From Blasia pusilla (Eukaryota), in the NCBI GenBank assembly GCA_050084515.1, contig CM114271.1, positions 48,732,001 through 48,796,000 on the forward strand: a stretch of DNA of 64,000 bases. Direction: 5' to 3'. The position numbers were made by a program, and so were the translations under genes. Below, piece after piece: positions 45,755-60,135 of the stretch; position 1 is the first letter of the stretch; every line of letters starts with the position of its first letter. A model generated the notes under the pieces. It had not been told where the DNA came from. It saw nothing but the letters and a program-made list of their open reading frames with translations, and did no database searches.

Positions 45755-46658
45755 CAAGGTTGCACACGGAAAAAAAGTCCGTGTCCGCGGACTTATGTCC
45801 GTCCTATGGACGAACATGTCCGTACGGGCCCGGTAACCGGATGCGGGATCTGTACCCGAGCCCGTACTCAAGCCCGCCCACAGCCCGCACCCATTGCGTG
45901 GCTCGCAGCCTGGCCTAGGGCGGGCTCGGTGCAGGCCCTTGGTGCGGGCTTCAGGCCCGCCCTAAGCCGGCGCTTGCCTGCTTGGAACCCTCACATGCCC
46001 ACGCCCTGCTTGCGTTTGCCCACTTTAAGCCCACACATGCCAATCCAGAGCCCGCGCCCAATCAGCTTTGAGCCCGCGCGTGCCCGCGCTTGCCTACTTG
46101 GAACCCTCACGTGCCCACGCCCTGCCTGCGTCTGCCCGCTTGAAGCCCACACATGCCCATCCAGAGCCCGCGCCCAATCAGCTTTGAGCCCGCGCGTGCC
46201 CACCCTAGCCCGTTGGGAGCCCGCAGCTACCCGTTAGAGCCCGCCCGAAGCCCGAAGCTCGCACCAGCCCAATCACACCTGAGCCCACGCCTGTCCGCCC
46301 TGGGCCCGCACCTGCTTGCCCTAGCCCGTGCCCAATCAGCCCTGAGCCCACACCTGTCAGCCCTAGCCCGTGCCCAATCAACCTTGAGCCCACACCTGTC
46401 AACCCTAGCCCGCGCGTGCGTGCACGCCTGGAGCGCGCGCCTATCTAGAGCCCACGCTTGCCAGCCTGGAGCCCGCGCCTCCCCACCCTGAGCCCGTACC
46501 TGCCCGCCTGGAGCCCGCACTTACCCGCCTAGAGCCTGCCCTATGGGCCATGCAATGGGTGCGGGCTCCGTGAGCGTGAGTCTACGTGGTGGGCTCCGAG
46601 GCGAGCTTGGGTGCGGGCCCGGGTGTGATCCGGGCATGTCCGTTTCCGTGCAACCTTG
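45755..46658. mobile_element. Non-autonomous hAT-like DNA transposon with GC-rich internal repeats
   Basis: TIRs CAAGGTTGCAC(AC)GGAAA / TTTCCGTGCAACCTTG; 8-bp flanks GTGTCTGG and GTGCATGG (6/8 match); reiterated AGCCCG motifs, an about 95-bp duplicate and 39-bp tandem units. Confidence 0.8.
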
Positions 46659-47779
46659 GTGCATGGTAGCTAGTTCCCTCATTGTACAAGTGGGAATCCG
46701 GAAAGCGATGTGTCTACGTAACACCCTTGGTAAAACTCGATGAGGCTAAAAATGGTCACTAGGAGCACGAGTGTTGTCTGCAAATGAACTAAAAATCATA
46801 CTAGCTTCCTTGGCAACCTTCATCCGTTCGAGTAGGTGAGTTGCGTTTGGAGCTGAAAATTTTATCAACATATTAACATGGAGTTTCATGATCACGCACA
46901 ACTCTTGAAACTATTCAGGCTTAATGCCTTCAGTTAACCTTGAGTTAACCTAGCTGACGTGTTAGCTTGGCTTTATTATACTCAATATTTTTGTAGCTCA
47001 TCATCTCCTTATGAATTCCTAGATCAAACACATAACAAGTACTTGATGTCAATCAGCGGCAAAATAATAACCAACAAAAATAGGTTGCGAGTATGCCAAG
47101 TAGGTGAAGACTAAAAAGGGAAGGACAAGTGGTTACCTGTCGTTGGTGGCTTCTTCCTCAATTCCTTGAAGGAAGTTGCCCAAGCTTCGCGCTGGTTGAT
47201 CATTCGGCTAAATTTTCGGCTTGTGATACCATTTTTCCAATGGAAGTGATCGAGGCCTATGGTGTTCACATACCTATGCCGGGCCTATGTGGGTAGAGTA
47301 AATTGGATTGCTGGCTCATTGGGAAGGGTAAGCATCTCATTTAGAATCTATATAAGACTATATAAGGAAAGTCTATATAAGACTTCAGTACCTGAAGACT
47401 GTTGTTAGTTCACTATTAGGTACGCCCTACAAAATTATTCTAAGTACAAAAGATCATGTACAAACCTGAGTATCATGCTGGTCTAGGTTTTTAGATTGAT
47501 GTAGAGTCTGTGGTGTTGTTGAAGCCTTATGGTCGTCTTCGGAGCCATTGTCGCTCAACACAATTGGGTTGGAGTGTGGAGCAACAAATTCCAATTCAGG
47601 TGTATCTGGAACTAGCGTAGATGTACCGGCCATTTCTGATCTCCTCCCTCGCACCCCTCAACGATCCATTATTGCTTGACATATCTTTGAAATTGAGCTT
47701 ACAAACAGGGTTATGTGTCTTGTCCATACACTATGAAATCTGCAAGGACGAGCTTGCCAAGAATTTGAAGTCTCGACCT

Positions 47780-50700
47780 ACACGTAACTCAAGACAACAT
47801 CACATATACAAGGCCGGGACAAAAGGCTGACATTATTCTTAGTAAGCACTTTTGTTCAAAAGTAAGGCCTTGACTCTTGTGAGTTGTCATTGCATATCCA
47901 AGCACAAGAGGGAATGTTCGCTTGTAGTACTTCTCATGAGGCCCATGTCCCAATGTGGCAAAGTTTGTCCTACTAATTGTGAAGACTTTACCATTTAAGT
48001 GAAGACAAACTATAATGGATATAAGTTCTTCACGTTTGTACACACAATCAAAAATAGTTGCTGATGCACCGTTTGCAGCTTGGGCCTTATTATCTATATT
48101 TGATGTAAGCAAGACCTTACAGCCAATACTACAGTTGATGGAATTTTTTATCACAAATCCACTCATTGAACCGTGGGTCTGTAGTAGCATCTACAAATAT
48201 GTGTAGTGGGAAGATCTCAGCTGCACCAAAAAGCCTACGCAGTGCTACAAGATTGAACACCTAGACATCAACGCGGTGCATGCATATAATCTGGGTATTT
48301 TTATCTATGTAATTAAAGACAACGTATTCATCAATGAGACAACTATGAAGATATTTGTCAATTTGATCTTGTGTAGGGCAAGTAACTCTAATATAAGATA
48401 GAAAGGCTAGAAAATTGCTATCTCCGGTATGCCTCATGGGCATTTGTAACTCATGCCTAACAGTAGAGGTGTAGAATGGCGACGAAGAAATATGACACAA
48501 TGTGCAAAAAGGTTTGTGGTGTGTGTGCAAACATGAGGTAGTTGACACAAGTCACCCACCAAAATTACAAGCTTTGGGGAGAACGGACTCAGGGTTGCCG
48601 ATGGGCACACCTGATGCAGTCTCATAGTTATTATTTGTAGCAATCGTGGCGTAAGCATGGAGCTTTTATCAATTACGATAACTCCTGCATTCTTTAGGCA
48701 CGTGAATTGATCATAGATTGAATGCATGGAAGGAATATCACCCTTAGCATTATACCAAATTTTGAATGGACAATCACAACAAAGCTATGTAGTCTAACAA
48801 CGGCAATGCTAATGTTGGCTAATAAAAGCGTAGGGATACCTTGCTTTGCCCGGTACGATTGCATGAAATGAATAAAGTATGTTTTACCACATCCCGGTGG
48901 ACAGTTATGAACATTACTCCAGATGAAAACCATGATACAGTCAAGACTTCACACTCAGATCTAAAAGATATGGTAGCCAAAAGGGTGCCATAAAAAAACT
49001 TATTCCACTGATGCAATGGATGGTATCCTATGAAGCGGATAAGCCTATCAGTTTTGTAAACTGAGTTGCCTACCAAATCTACAACCACAAAATTGTGTTC
49101 ATTGCTTGTGCTAAGTTTAGTGACATAATGATGGGCCCATAAATGAATAAAAGTCATGTAAGATAAGCATTGAGGCCGTGAAAATACGCATTTTTTGTGT
49201 GCATGCATATCATTGTTGCATTTCTCTACAATGTAATATGACTATGGGATGGGAGGGAATCTATAAATTGCACACCTTGTGATCTATACATAATAGGAAT
49301 CTGCAGGGCACTGAGCACTAACTCAGTAGATGACATTGCCATGTTCAACACAAGACCAAATATTAATCGTAACATGATCTTATGTAAAGTTTTGAGGCCA
49401 AGAGATTTTGCACATTCAGTCGTAATGTTAAGGGCACTCTGAGGTTCACATTTTAGAGCATATTTGAGGAGTTAAAATGACTACTACACGTTTGCCACAT
49501 GTTACAAGATCATATGGGCTCCCCATAGGAGGAAAGTGGTTGGGTTGCTAGGTGGTAGGGGATAACATTCTGATTTCGTCGTTGGCTCTATAGTAGGTCC
49601 ACTTTAGAGTTTTGGGTCAATCACTAGTTTAACCTAAGTATTTTTAGTTGAGGGAAAGCCCATGCAACAATATGGTGCATGGTCCTTTATCACACTAACG
49701 ATACACCATCTTGCCTACATGAATGCATTTTTTAGTTATCACATATTGGTGCAACTTGTCGACTAGGATTATTGGCCATCAAGGGCTCGACACTAGATAT
49801 ATAGCAGTAGATCTTGGATGTGACCCGGTTAACATCTTTTTTATCAACCGACATTATAATTTGGAAGTGTAGACTCCCTCTACGTTATACCTCATATCTG
49901 ATCAAGTCAAGTAGTTGTGGACAACCCCAATAATGCATGGGCCACCTAGAATATAACTCTGAAGAAACTTTTTTAGAGGATTTCCAGATGTGCATCGCGC
50001 CATATAAACATAGGGTTAATTTGTTTGACAACATCTTCAATGTCTACAATCTTAGCCCATTTTGTATCAGATGCTTCATGAGAGGTAAGTGTTAAAAAGA
50101 AACCAGACATGCCCTATTTCTTAACCATTATATTGTTTTTAGATCTCTTAGGTATCGGCGGTGCTAGCTTGGGCTACATGGAATCTACGCACTGACACGG
50201 TATTTCGATAAGTGTGAAGAAAGCGCGTGTTCAGAAAAACATGAGTATTTGCGGTGTCGTATCGAGAGTCTTTCTTCGAGTAAGGACGGACCTTCTAGCT
50301 AGCTGCAGCAAACGTGATCGATGCAAGTCAAACTCTATAAGAAGTTCTTCTTTTTCAATATAGAATTATTATGTAAATCCTCCATGCTCTCACGACAGAA
50401 ATCATGAATGATAGTGCCGAGGCGATCACTTCTACATAACATGGAATCCCAAAATTTCTTATTATGAAGTCCATGTTAACTACTTTACTTTTGTACACAA
50501 GGAAAATAGCACAATTAGTGCTAAATCCTACTCGAGCACGCCTATTGATGTCCATGGATTGCTATATAAGGACATACAAAGTACAATCCTATGTCCTTCC
50601 GTACGTGACTATAAGAAGAATCACCGGAGTTTGAGATTGCATGACTTGGTTCATAAACGCCTCCCCAAAGTGATAAACTAAATAGCGAATGAACTAATGC

Positions 50701-52039
50701 CTATCTACAAAGAGAATCTTGACGTGATACGGTATAAGGAAAGGAAAATCGCGAAAAAATCGTGCTCCATCCCTATCCATACTTGACAAACATCCTCTAC
50801 TCTCCTCTATAATGGGGTTTTGCAGAGTTGCTCTCCCAAAAAAGATAATCCACTCTCATTGGGAAAATAATAAGCCAAACCATCAACTATTTTCAGTATG
50901 ACTAAACTCCCCTAAGGTGACAAGTCTCTCCTCTTCACACATACCATACTCTAGAATCTTCTTGAAGACTACACCATGATCAAATTACTTTCCGAAGAGG
51001 GACAATTCACTCTCATTGGAAGAGCAGGAAATCCCAAAGCCATCCACTCAAGAGTGACACGAAAAACCTAATATGTGAAGTTGAAGGTGATGAACCCTTG
51101 AAAGTCTCTCTTCTTTAGATATTCACAAGGGATCCACAAGAGTACAAAATAGGGCTAATTTTTTTCTTACGTCACATGGCTTCCTCTCAAGGCTGAATCA
51201 ATCATATTTTGACACAAATAGATTACCTCTTACTTCTTCCAAAATATCCTCCTTTACCTCACTTCATATCTTCTAAATTACCCCAACTATCCTAACCACC
51301 AACCAATATTACTTCTGCTAGTCATTTATTAAAGCATCAACCCTACTACTCTACTTTTATAAACCCATCTTTTATTTATTACCTCGTTTCCTAAAGTTGG
51401 GCCAACACAAATAAACCACCCTAAACAGGTTTAAACATGGGAATTTCATTTTTCTAGGCTAATTTATTTAATATTAATAAAACTCTCTCTAACACTTAAT
51501 GATTAAGGAGTTTACATAATGAATGATTTTACTATACAACAACGCTTCACCTAATCTAGCTCCCAGTTTAATATGCATGATCGACTATTGGATGCCAATG
51601 TAATGGATTTTCATAGTTTGTGCATGATAAGTTTTCATGCTTCTTGTGCACAAGTCTAATGTTTACTGTCTCATGTACTTTATTGCAGTGTATTGATGTA
51701 TGCTCCTTATGTGTGATATGAATGCTTGTTCATATTTTGTAAATCAACCCATAAAGTGATTGAAATACAAATTTAGCTTATTGTCAACACAGCCTCCTTG
51801 CATTGCGCACGTACTTCCAAGCTTCAATTCTCGCGCGTCTTGTATACAAAATTGTTTCACATTGTCTGCCAAAAGACATTCAACTTTTTGCTAAGAGACA
51901 TTTAGCTACCTAATATATTTCACTTTGCGGTCTTATATATATGTTACAAATTGCGATACCTAATCTTGCTCCTTTAGACGACCTCCTATCGCTCCGACCT
52001 AACTTGCTTTACTTTTTCCATCTCATACACACAAATATG
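47780..52039 (-). mobile_element. Degraded Helitron (HUH Rep + PIF1 helicase), interrupted by a solo LTR and bounded by Gypsy copy 3
   Basis: Rep motifs FLLTLTSHE..W (about 50060-50100) and IRYEV*RRGSLHF (about 49860-49905); helicase PPGCGKT, VIVID..SML, LVGDLCQLP, FPLVLGYAMTTHKSQGLT, GLVYVMLS; outer boundaries uncertain. Confidence 0.85.
50255..51541 (-). mobile_element. Second solo LTR of the 13767-15042 family (inverted, diverged)
   Basis: Starts TGTCGTATCGAGAGTCTTTCTTCGAG, ends GATTTTACTATACAACA; ORF 50355-50555 is homologous to 14746-14946; TSD not clearly preserved (GCGG/ACGC). Confidence 0.88.
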
Positions 52040-53061
52040 TTTGTGTCGTGCGAATACACATCGGTGCCAACATACATCGATTGTAATGGACACACATGTC
52101 TAAGATCCATCTAGCTATGAATCCTAACATCTCTATACATGAACCACTAGACAACCCCAACATAAAGTTGAATACAAACTTTAAACTCTGATGAAATCTG
52201 CAATCAACCGTGCTTCATCCAAACAACCATACTCATGATTTTGATACGCACTGGTGTGACAGCAAGAGAAAGTATACACAAGGATTCCCAAAATGTGTGA
52301 TCTCCTTATCGATCACTCCTAGCCCACTCTTCAAGAGAGAATCCAGGCTCAATACATGCATGTCATAGTGTATCACGGATCCCAACAAGGGTCTGCAATC
52401 CTAAGGAGATGAGCTCCAAATGAGACTCATTCGAGGTATACTCCCCTGGGCACCTCCATAGGTGATCTGTACATACAGGTCACTACCAACTTGTAGTACA
52501 CCCATACTAGCTCCCTAACAACTACACATGTGGTCCCCTAATGAGACCAACTACCAACTAACTCATGACCCTATAGGTCCAAGTGGAGCCATAGATGGCT
52601 GGGAAGGTCAACTTCTCCAAGATTGCTACTCATAAAGGGAAGGGTGACCTACACTCCTAGGTCCCCTCCTAAGAGCAGGTCACATATGACCTCTCAAAAT
52701 AAGGAAGTACAAGACCCCTCTAAGGCCTCGATACTATCTCGCCCTACGCCTCATCTACCATGACATTTATCGTGCGAATACACATCGCTGCCAACATACA
52801 TCGGTTGTCATGCACACACATGTCTAAGATCCATCTAGTTATGAATCCTAACATCTCTACACATGAACCACTGGACAACCCCAATCGTCCCCCTAGCTGC
52901 TGGTTAGGTCCCTCTAACTCCATATAGCCTACAAAACAAGTCTAAATGCTATGCACCTTTTCGGTGCTAAGATCAAGAGGTCGGGTGCTATGTGGCCCCA
53001 TCGTTAGTCACCTTCCTGCAATCCATAACATCAAGAGTCATCTTGTATCTACCTTTCAATT

Positions 53062-56000
53062 CTATGTACATCTGGGACAAAGCCAATATCCTTGAGGAAC
53101 CAAGTGAAGAGGCGACGTCAAACACGACATATGCCATCCTCGAGAACATCCATGACAAACTAGCAGACCCACACAACATGCATCGTGGTTGCGCCTCTGG
53201 CAGACCTACACAACATGCATCTCAAGCCTGGAGGAACAACTGACAAGCTCGGATCAATCCTCCCATCTACGTTCGGAAGATGACATGGCGCACAATTACG
53301 CACATGATCTTTCCAAACGGTACCATCACGACCCTCTAAAACAAGGACTCCTGAAGGTAAAATCTCTCCCACTTGTAGAATAGTGCGTCCCGCCATCACA
53401 TCTAATGTCGTTGGCGCTGTCTGTTGTAGGTAGACATAATCGCTAGGATGGAATCGCCAAGTCCTTGGTCGATAGCCTCCTCCCCGCGTAGTTGCGTACC
53501 TCAGAGTATTGCGATGTTGAACGATAGCCAGATTCTCAAACGCCATAGGCATGACTCTTTGAAAGAGCTCAGCCCGTTGAGAACACTCTCGCACCTTCTA
53601 CTTCCAATAGTTGCTTACTACTTAGCATACGTCTGGATCATCGAGGTCAAGTACCTCACCCACATCTTGTTGAATTGACGCCAGTAACTCTGGCTCTCTC
53701 CCATAGAGCAAGAAATATGGTGAAAATGATGCCCAAGATGTTTGCCAACTGAAGCGGTTACCCATCGCCAACCATGGCAACTGTAGGTCCCAATCTCCCA
53801 AGTGTCCTCTCTACAGTCCATACTTGCGCAATCCTCTCTTTACTGTCTGGACAACTCTCTCTGCAAAACCATCTGCCTCCGGATGATCTCGCGAAGTTGT
53901 ACGATAGTCTCTCAGTGCCTAATCACACAAGGTCTGAAAGTCATCCCTAAACTCACTACCCTGGTCTGTCAACACCTCTGCTAGTACGCCAAAATGACTA
54001 AGCACTCTATCAAGAAATACATAAGCCGCTCCCTCACTCGACCTATCCGGCAATGCTACCAACTCAATCCACTTGGAGAAGTGCTCCACCATGACCAACA
54101 CGTACCAACTATGGCATCATGTCAATGGTAAAGGCCCTGCAAAGTCTAAACTCCAGTGATACCCTAACCCCATGATCGGTAAAGGATGGAAGTCTGGTGT
54201 TGGAGCATTGAACAATGCCTGCACCCTATCACATACAATGCATATGGCTACAAATTGCTGAACATCAATCTGCATACCACGCCACCAATACTAAATCTGA
54301 ATCAAGCTATACGTACGCTTGACTCCGAAATGCCCTAACTCCTTATGAGCATGTCTCACAACTCGTGCTCGCTACAAAGGATGCGGCACCATGCGCACTC
54401 GTCCATCCTGCCAAACTCAAAGCACATGTGTCCCCTCCCACTTGAACCTCCTGGCTCGCTGTAGGACTTGATCCCAATCTCTAGCACCCACCATGCTTGC
54501 TAAGACACAAGTGAGCATGTACTCCAAGACCATCTCATCATCGTGGATGTCTCCAGTCCCTATGGACTACTCACTAGTATCTATATTTGAGGACTCACCA
54601 TCCAACCTCCCTCCTCGAGTGGATGCCTCCTGCTGATCTGACATAGCCAACAAACACAAATAGGCAGATGCGTCCCAACCCGACACCATCTCCTCATCAC
54701 TCTCACCATGCCACCACGCTCCAGTACATCGCTCTGGCTCGTGCATGGGTTACAGCTCAACCCGTCCGAATCCTGGTTCAGATGCCCTGGGCGATAGACA
54801 ACCTGAAAATTGTACTCCTGCAACAAGAGTGACCATCTGGCAAGATTCCCTATAAGCTTGTCAGACTCCATCAACCATCTCAGTGGCTGATGATCAGTGA
54901 TGAGTGTGAAAGGGTTCCTGAACAAATAACATTTGAAATGGGCCACTGCCCACATTGTAGCTAAGCACTCCCACTCATAGGAACTGTACTTCACCTCCGC
55001 AGTGTAGTTTGAGCGGCTCGCATACGCAAGTACGTACTTCTTCCCCTCATCATCTCTCTGAATGAGCATCGCTCCTAACCCCAACATACTCAAGTTCGTA
55101 TGTAACTGGAACGGATGACCACGCATAGGTTCCTCTAAATGGGTGAGGACGTCAACCTGTCCTTGAGCTCTTGAAATGCTCGCTCTTGATTATCTCCCCA
55201 AAACCACTCCTGATCCAACCTAGTCAGCCAAGTCTAGAGTCCTACTCTCGATCAAGCCTCGCTCCATGTCAGAATACCTGTAGGGTCGTCGGAAGATAGG
55301 ATTATCACTATCCACCTCGATTCGAAAATCTGGACCCTTCAGCGTACCCAAGTCATGCATACTGTATGCAAAATAGTCCCTGATCTCCACATGAATTGCA
55401 ACACTCGTCTCCTCTTTGCTCCTGTCAACCAAGGACCAATCACCGGCTCCCAAGTCTCTCTCCTGACCTCTGGAGAAGAGGAGGGTGGTGGATGCTAACT
55501 AGCAACCTCTCGAGCAGCAACATGCGCTCCCAACTGAGACACCAACTCTCTAGGCACTCCACTATGTCTTGCATCAGCGAAATGAACTCCCATCTCTCTA
55601 TGCTCTCGAGACATGTCCCATGAAGTCCATGGATGCCTTTCCATCACCATCGCACCCCCAGCCAGTGTCTCACCCGTCCCGGTAGACGCTGTGCTGCAAA
55701 GTGGATGTAATGTCACAGACACCTCTCGCATCCATCTATGCTCAGCCAAAACAAGATTGAACACCCAAGTAAGACAGTTCAGGTCCATAGCCTGACCCAA
55801 TACCTGTCTGCGGGATGCCTCTGCCATCATAGGCACTGCCGTCGTACGTGTAGAAAACCCCATAGCTCGCTCTCGCTCGTCGACGTTGGGCTCCACCAAT
55901 GTATCTGCATGCTCATCCCATATCATGCCTGGTCCTCCCTGACAAAAAGCATGAGATGCCGGAAAACTCACCAATGTAGGCAATGCTGCCTACCGTTGGC

Positions 56001-59000
56001 CCACCCGATTGGCCATTACCAACGGTGGTACATCATCACGAGTAACAACCTGAGATCACCGCCCTAGATCCAAGATCGCATCCACTGGTAGTAGTAATGG
56101 TCTTTGGACTCCATCATAAGCACGTCTCAATAACTCGGATGGTAAAAGGTTTGTCCACCACAATCATGGACGGTGTGCGTGCGATCCAACACTCTCCGCA
56201 TCCAATATCACCGCCGTTCCTATCCATGACCGCACTTGATGTACACTCGCCATCACTCTGGCTCGAGTGTTACCTAACAATGGGACATTCTCCAAAATGT
56301 AGGCTGGAGAACATCGCTAGGTAGTCTGCAAGTGACGAAGAACTCGCAATATCTCTCGAAACATGGCCCATCTCAGATCCTATAAACCAAGCCCCCGACC
56401 CGCCAAAGAATGATCATGACATGGCCACCCTGCCACCACCAAGTGTATTGGACTAACCCTATCCAGATCTCGCGCCCCCAACAACGAAATGTCGGTCGGA
56501 AATACATGCTGATATCTCCTGACTGCACACACTAGCAATAACTGAAGATACTGCTGGACTAGTCTCGACGCATGATGTAATGAGACTCTACGTGCAGTCT
56601 CATCCCTCTCAACATACAAGTACAGCTATACTCGTACTCCAACCTGCAACATTGCATCCAACACTGTACTAATCCTTCCAAAGAGATCTAGTTTACATAC
56701 ACCCTCCTCGAGATACTGCCACACAATCACTGTGGTGTCCAAGAGGGCCAACGTCTCCACTCCTAGAGCACGTGGTAACTGTGTCCTGTCTTGCTCTAGA
56801 GCATAGGCTTGGCTCCATGCCTGCCTCACAAACTCGTCTGCTCTCCTCTGCAAATCGATGCTCGTCCCCCACAAAACTGAAGAAGTATCGCCAGTAGATG
56901 TAACCATGCTCGTCATCGCATACCACTCCTCAGGACTATCCTCCGCATTGGCGTTCCCCTCCAGTAAATCTCCATTCCAACATAATGTGCCACAATAAGT
57001 AGCAACTGCTGAGGTCGATCCTCGGAGTGAACCATCAAGTCTCCTTGCAAACTGCATGGGTAGCTGATTGGCTCGTCCCTCACCTGATTGCCAACCTGGT
57101 CGATAGGAGGCTGTCTCCTCCCAAAAGTCAAGTGTGAACCCTAGAGGATACAATACGGTAGACCCTACCAAAACATCATAAGACTCGGTCGGTGTCACAA
57201 TCGCTTGCGTCCGCACCATCGCACTATCCGTAGGATGATCTGGCTGAATCCTCACCGCAATCTCATCGCAAGTCATGAACTCTGTCGAGGATGTGCCTCT
57301 CAGTGAATTCTGAATCTAAAATGGACATGGAGTGATCTCACACTTCCGCAATCCCATCGCTACATATGTTTCCTTCCCCAACATAAGGGGTTGTGCTCCT
57401 GAATCAAGTAGCACTCTCTACTGTTGATACACGACTCCGGATGGACCAATGAATTGGAAAACTCCATCTCGGTTGTCCAAGACAACAACTTCTGGTGAGA
57501 CGGCTGCACGCTCTATTGCTGGTCTAGCTGGCAACTCCGCCACTCTAGCCGCTGTTGTATGCTAACTCTCTGTGGTCCTTGTTCCGAACACCTGCTCCAA
57601 GGGTACCTCTGCCAAATCTCCTGTGCGAGTCTCAACACTAGAAGAACCAAACTCATCGCTCTCACAAAGCGTCGCCGCCAATCGGAAAACATCAGCTTGT
57701 CGACCTCCACATGTCAACAAATCTCTGGTCGTAAATAGTGGGACGCTACACAAATCTGTCGCAATATCTCATAACGTGCCAGTACTAGGCCGTGTCAAAT
57801 GATGCATAGGCCTGGTAGACGTACTCGCCTCACTTGCTCCTCTAAATGCATCGGCATCTGCGACAACAACACTCTGCAAAGGCCATCTAGGGACCATCGA
57901 TGGGGTTCGAAGAGCCTCTGACAATGTAAAAGACTGGGGAAGTCTAGCCTGCCTGCCAGCCTCTCCCCTGTGGGAATCCAACTCCACATCGGATCCTCGT
58001 GGCTCAGAAGCTCTCACCGTCCCTCTCGTAACCACTGCATCTGCATCCACCTGTGCGGTGTTGCACAAAAATCCCATACCTCCTAGATCTCTCGCCATAT
58101 CCTGGGCCTGAGTAGATCCAGAAGTTGACGCGCCCCCTGCACCTGAAGTAGATGCTTGTTGGGCCGACATAGCCTGAAGGCGTCGCTCCAACTGAGCAAT
58201 CCTCGCCAAAGCTGCCTTTGATGCAAGTTCTACACTCGCTCTGGCAGATGGTGGGGTCCTACCTCCACCACGTCTTCAACCTCCTACACCTCGTCCTTTG
58301 CCACCTCCAGGTCCTCGACCTCCCTCTAGGCGCAGCTCGAGGTGGAGCTCGAAACATCTCTCACGTGTGTGCCAATATCTCTGGCAATGATCACATTGAG
58401 GTAAGGGTAGTTTCCCTTAGGCCACCTCATAAACAAATGATGGTGCTGCCTGCATTCCAGTCTGCTGTCTACAATCTTGCTGACGATGTGATCCTCCACA
58501 TGTCCAACAAGAAATACGTGAGCCCTACTGCCTAGCGTATGACTGAACTGGTTGTGGTCCTGGCTCCCGGTATCCTCCCGTAGCCCTCACTCCCATGACT
58601 CTATCTTGAATAGTGCACTAAGGCACTGATGGAGACATCGTCACTCGTGGGGTCTCCCTCGAAGATGACACGCGTGTCATGAAAACTCTCTCCTCAAGTA
58701 TGTTGAGCTCAATCCGCTCCACCAACAAAAATACACACTTGAGAGTAGGCGAACCAACATGTAAGAGAGTTTCATCTTGCACTCTCTTCCGCAACTCGCG
58801 GTCTAGCATTGCATACCAGAATTGAGCCGCTTGCGCCTCCGTCACACCCTAAGTTGATGTGATCAACCGTTGGAGCCGTGCATAGGCCTCTCAAAGACTC
58901 TCTCCTGCTCTCCGCTGAAACTCATGAATTGACTTCAGCTTGTCGGTCCTCACCCCGCGATAGTTCCTCCCCAACTCTCGGAAGAACTCAACCAATGGGT

Positions 59001-59608
59001 TGAACGCGGGTGGTACTCGGTTGGTCCTACTTGTAAGACTCGGGTCGACAACTCCTCCAAGTGTCTTCTCCGTGCGGTTAGTGGGTGCTACTATAGCCGC
59101 CACATCATACATCGCACGTCCTATGAGGGACACATATCATTGAGACCAAAATAGGCTCCACGCCTTGATCTCTGCCTCATGGAGAATCCAAAACTTGTGA
59201 TAATAATCCATGGGAGGGCCCTCCACATGCTGAAAAAGTCCCTTCCAAGCTAAAAGGGTCGAATCTTTGCTGGTTCAGCATCCTTTGTGCATCGCACCAA
59301 CTATCAAACTCCTCCATAAAATCATCCAACTCGATGGTTCCCACCATGCCTGAGAACTGTCGGGTTCCCCTCGTGGACCCATACGTATCGCAATCATCCA
59401 TGTCCCACAACAACGGTGTGGCAACACTCGCGACACTCCGTGGCCTCTCGGGTAACTCAAAATTTGTTGACGTCACCTCTAGAGTAACTACAACTGGCGG
59501 CTAAGGTGGTTCTTTGTGTGGAAACCCTCAATACCTAGCCCCACTCCGTGTAAATCCTTCGCCACTTCTACCACTACCACGCTCCCCAATACTATGTGGA
59601 TGCGCCAT
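53062..59608 (-). pseudogene. Disrupted gag-pol polyprotein of copy 3
   Basis: Putative start MAHPHSIGERG at 59608; DKLKSIHEFQRRAGESL; VLLDSGAQP (about 57390-57416); HTNLSMLGLGAML; LTDQGSEF; ends CPRCT*. Confidence 0.85.
55740..56705 (-). pseudogene. C5 DNA methyltransferase domain of copy 3
   Basis: LDLFGRIS, YVERDETAR, PTDI, HLVVAGWPC..HS.AG, YILENVP (about 56283-56305), VEPNVDERERAMGF, RRQVLGQAMD. Confidence 0.9.
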
Positions 59609-60135
59609 GGTGAAACCTGCAAACTACTATGACTCACTCCCGAGCCACTAGCTTTGCACTAGACAATGCCGAAACTGTGGACAGGCCCCCACTTATCTCA
59701 CTTGAGATCAACACTCGGCAAATAGCCCGCACACTAAGTCACTCTTGACTAGTGTGGTATACATCCATCCCACCAAGCTCTCTACAATAGTTGCGTTAAG
59801 CAACTATTGTAAGTGAATAAATCCCCCTGTGTGCAATAACTAGCCATCACTTCCTTGTGGGTGTGTTCTAACACAACATGCAAAATAACTCTCAAGTTAA
59901 GCACACTCTGGAGGAATAGAACTCGGATGGGTGACCTAGACGTTATGCTAAACCGGATCAACATCAGCTTGCCAAGTCCTCACGCCCGCCAGCAAGTTGG
60001 CGCCTCACGCCCACTCGCACTTTCGACACCTCTCCCACCTCGAAGCCTCGAAATGCCGAGAATACCCGTGATTCATCTGCCTCACCTCCCGCTCACTTCT
60101 CCGCCGCGCTTCGCTGTGCCAAACTCACATGTGAA

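Noticed and set aside
45701-46743. Pro/Ala/Arg-rich ORFs
   Set aside because: Arise from GC-rich repeats inside the hAT-like element
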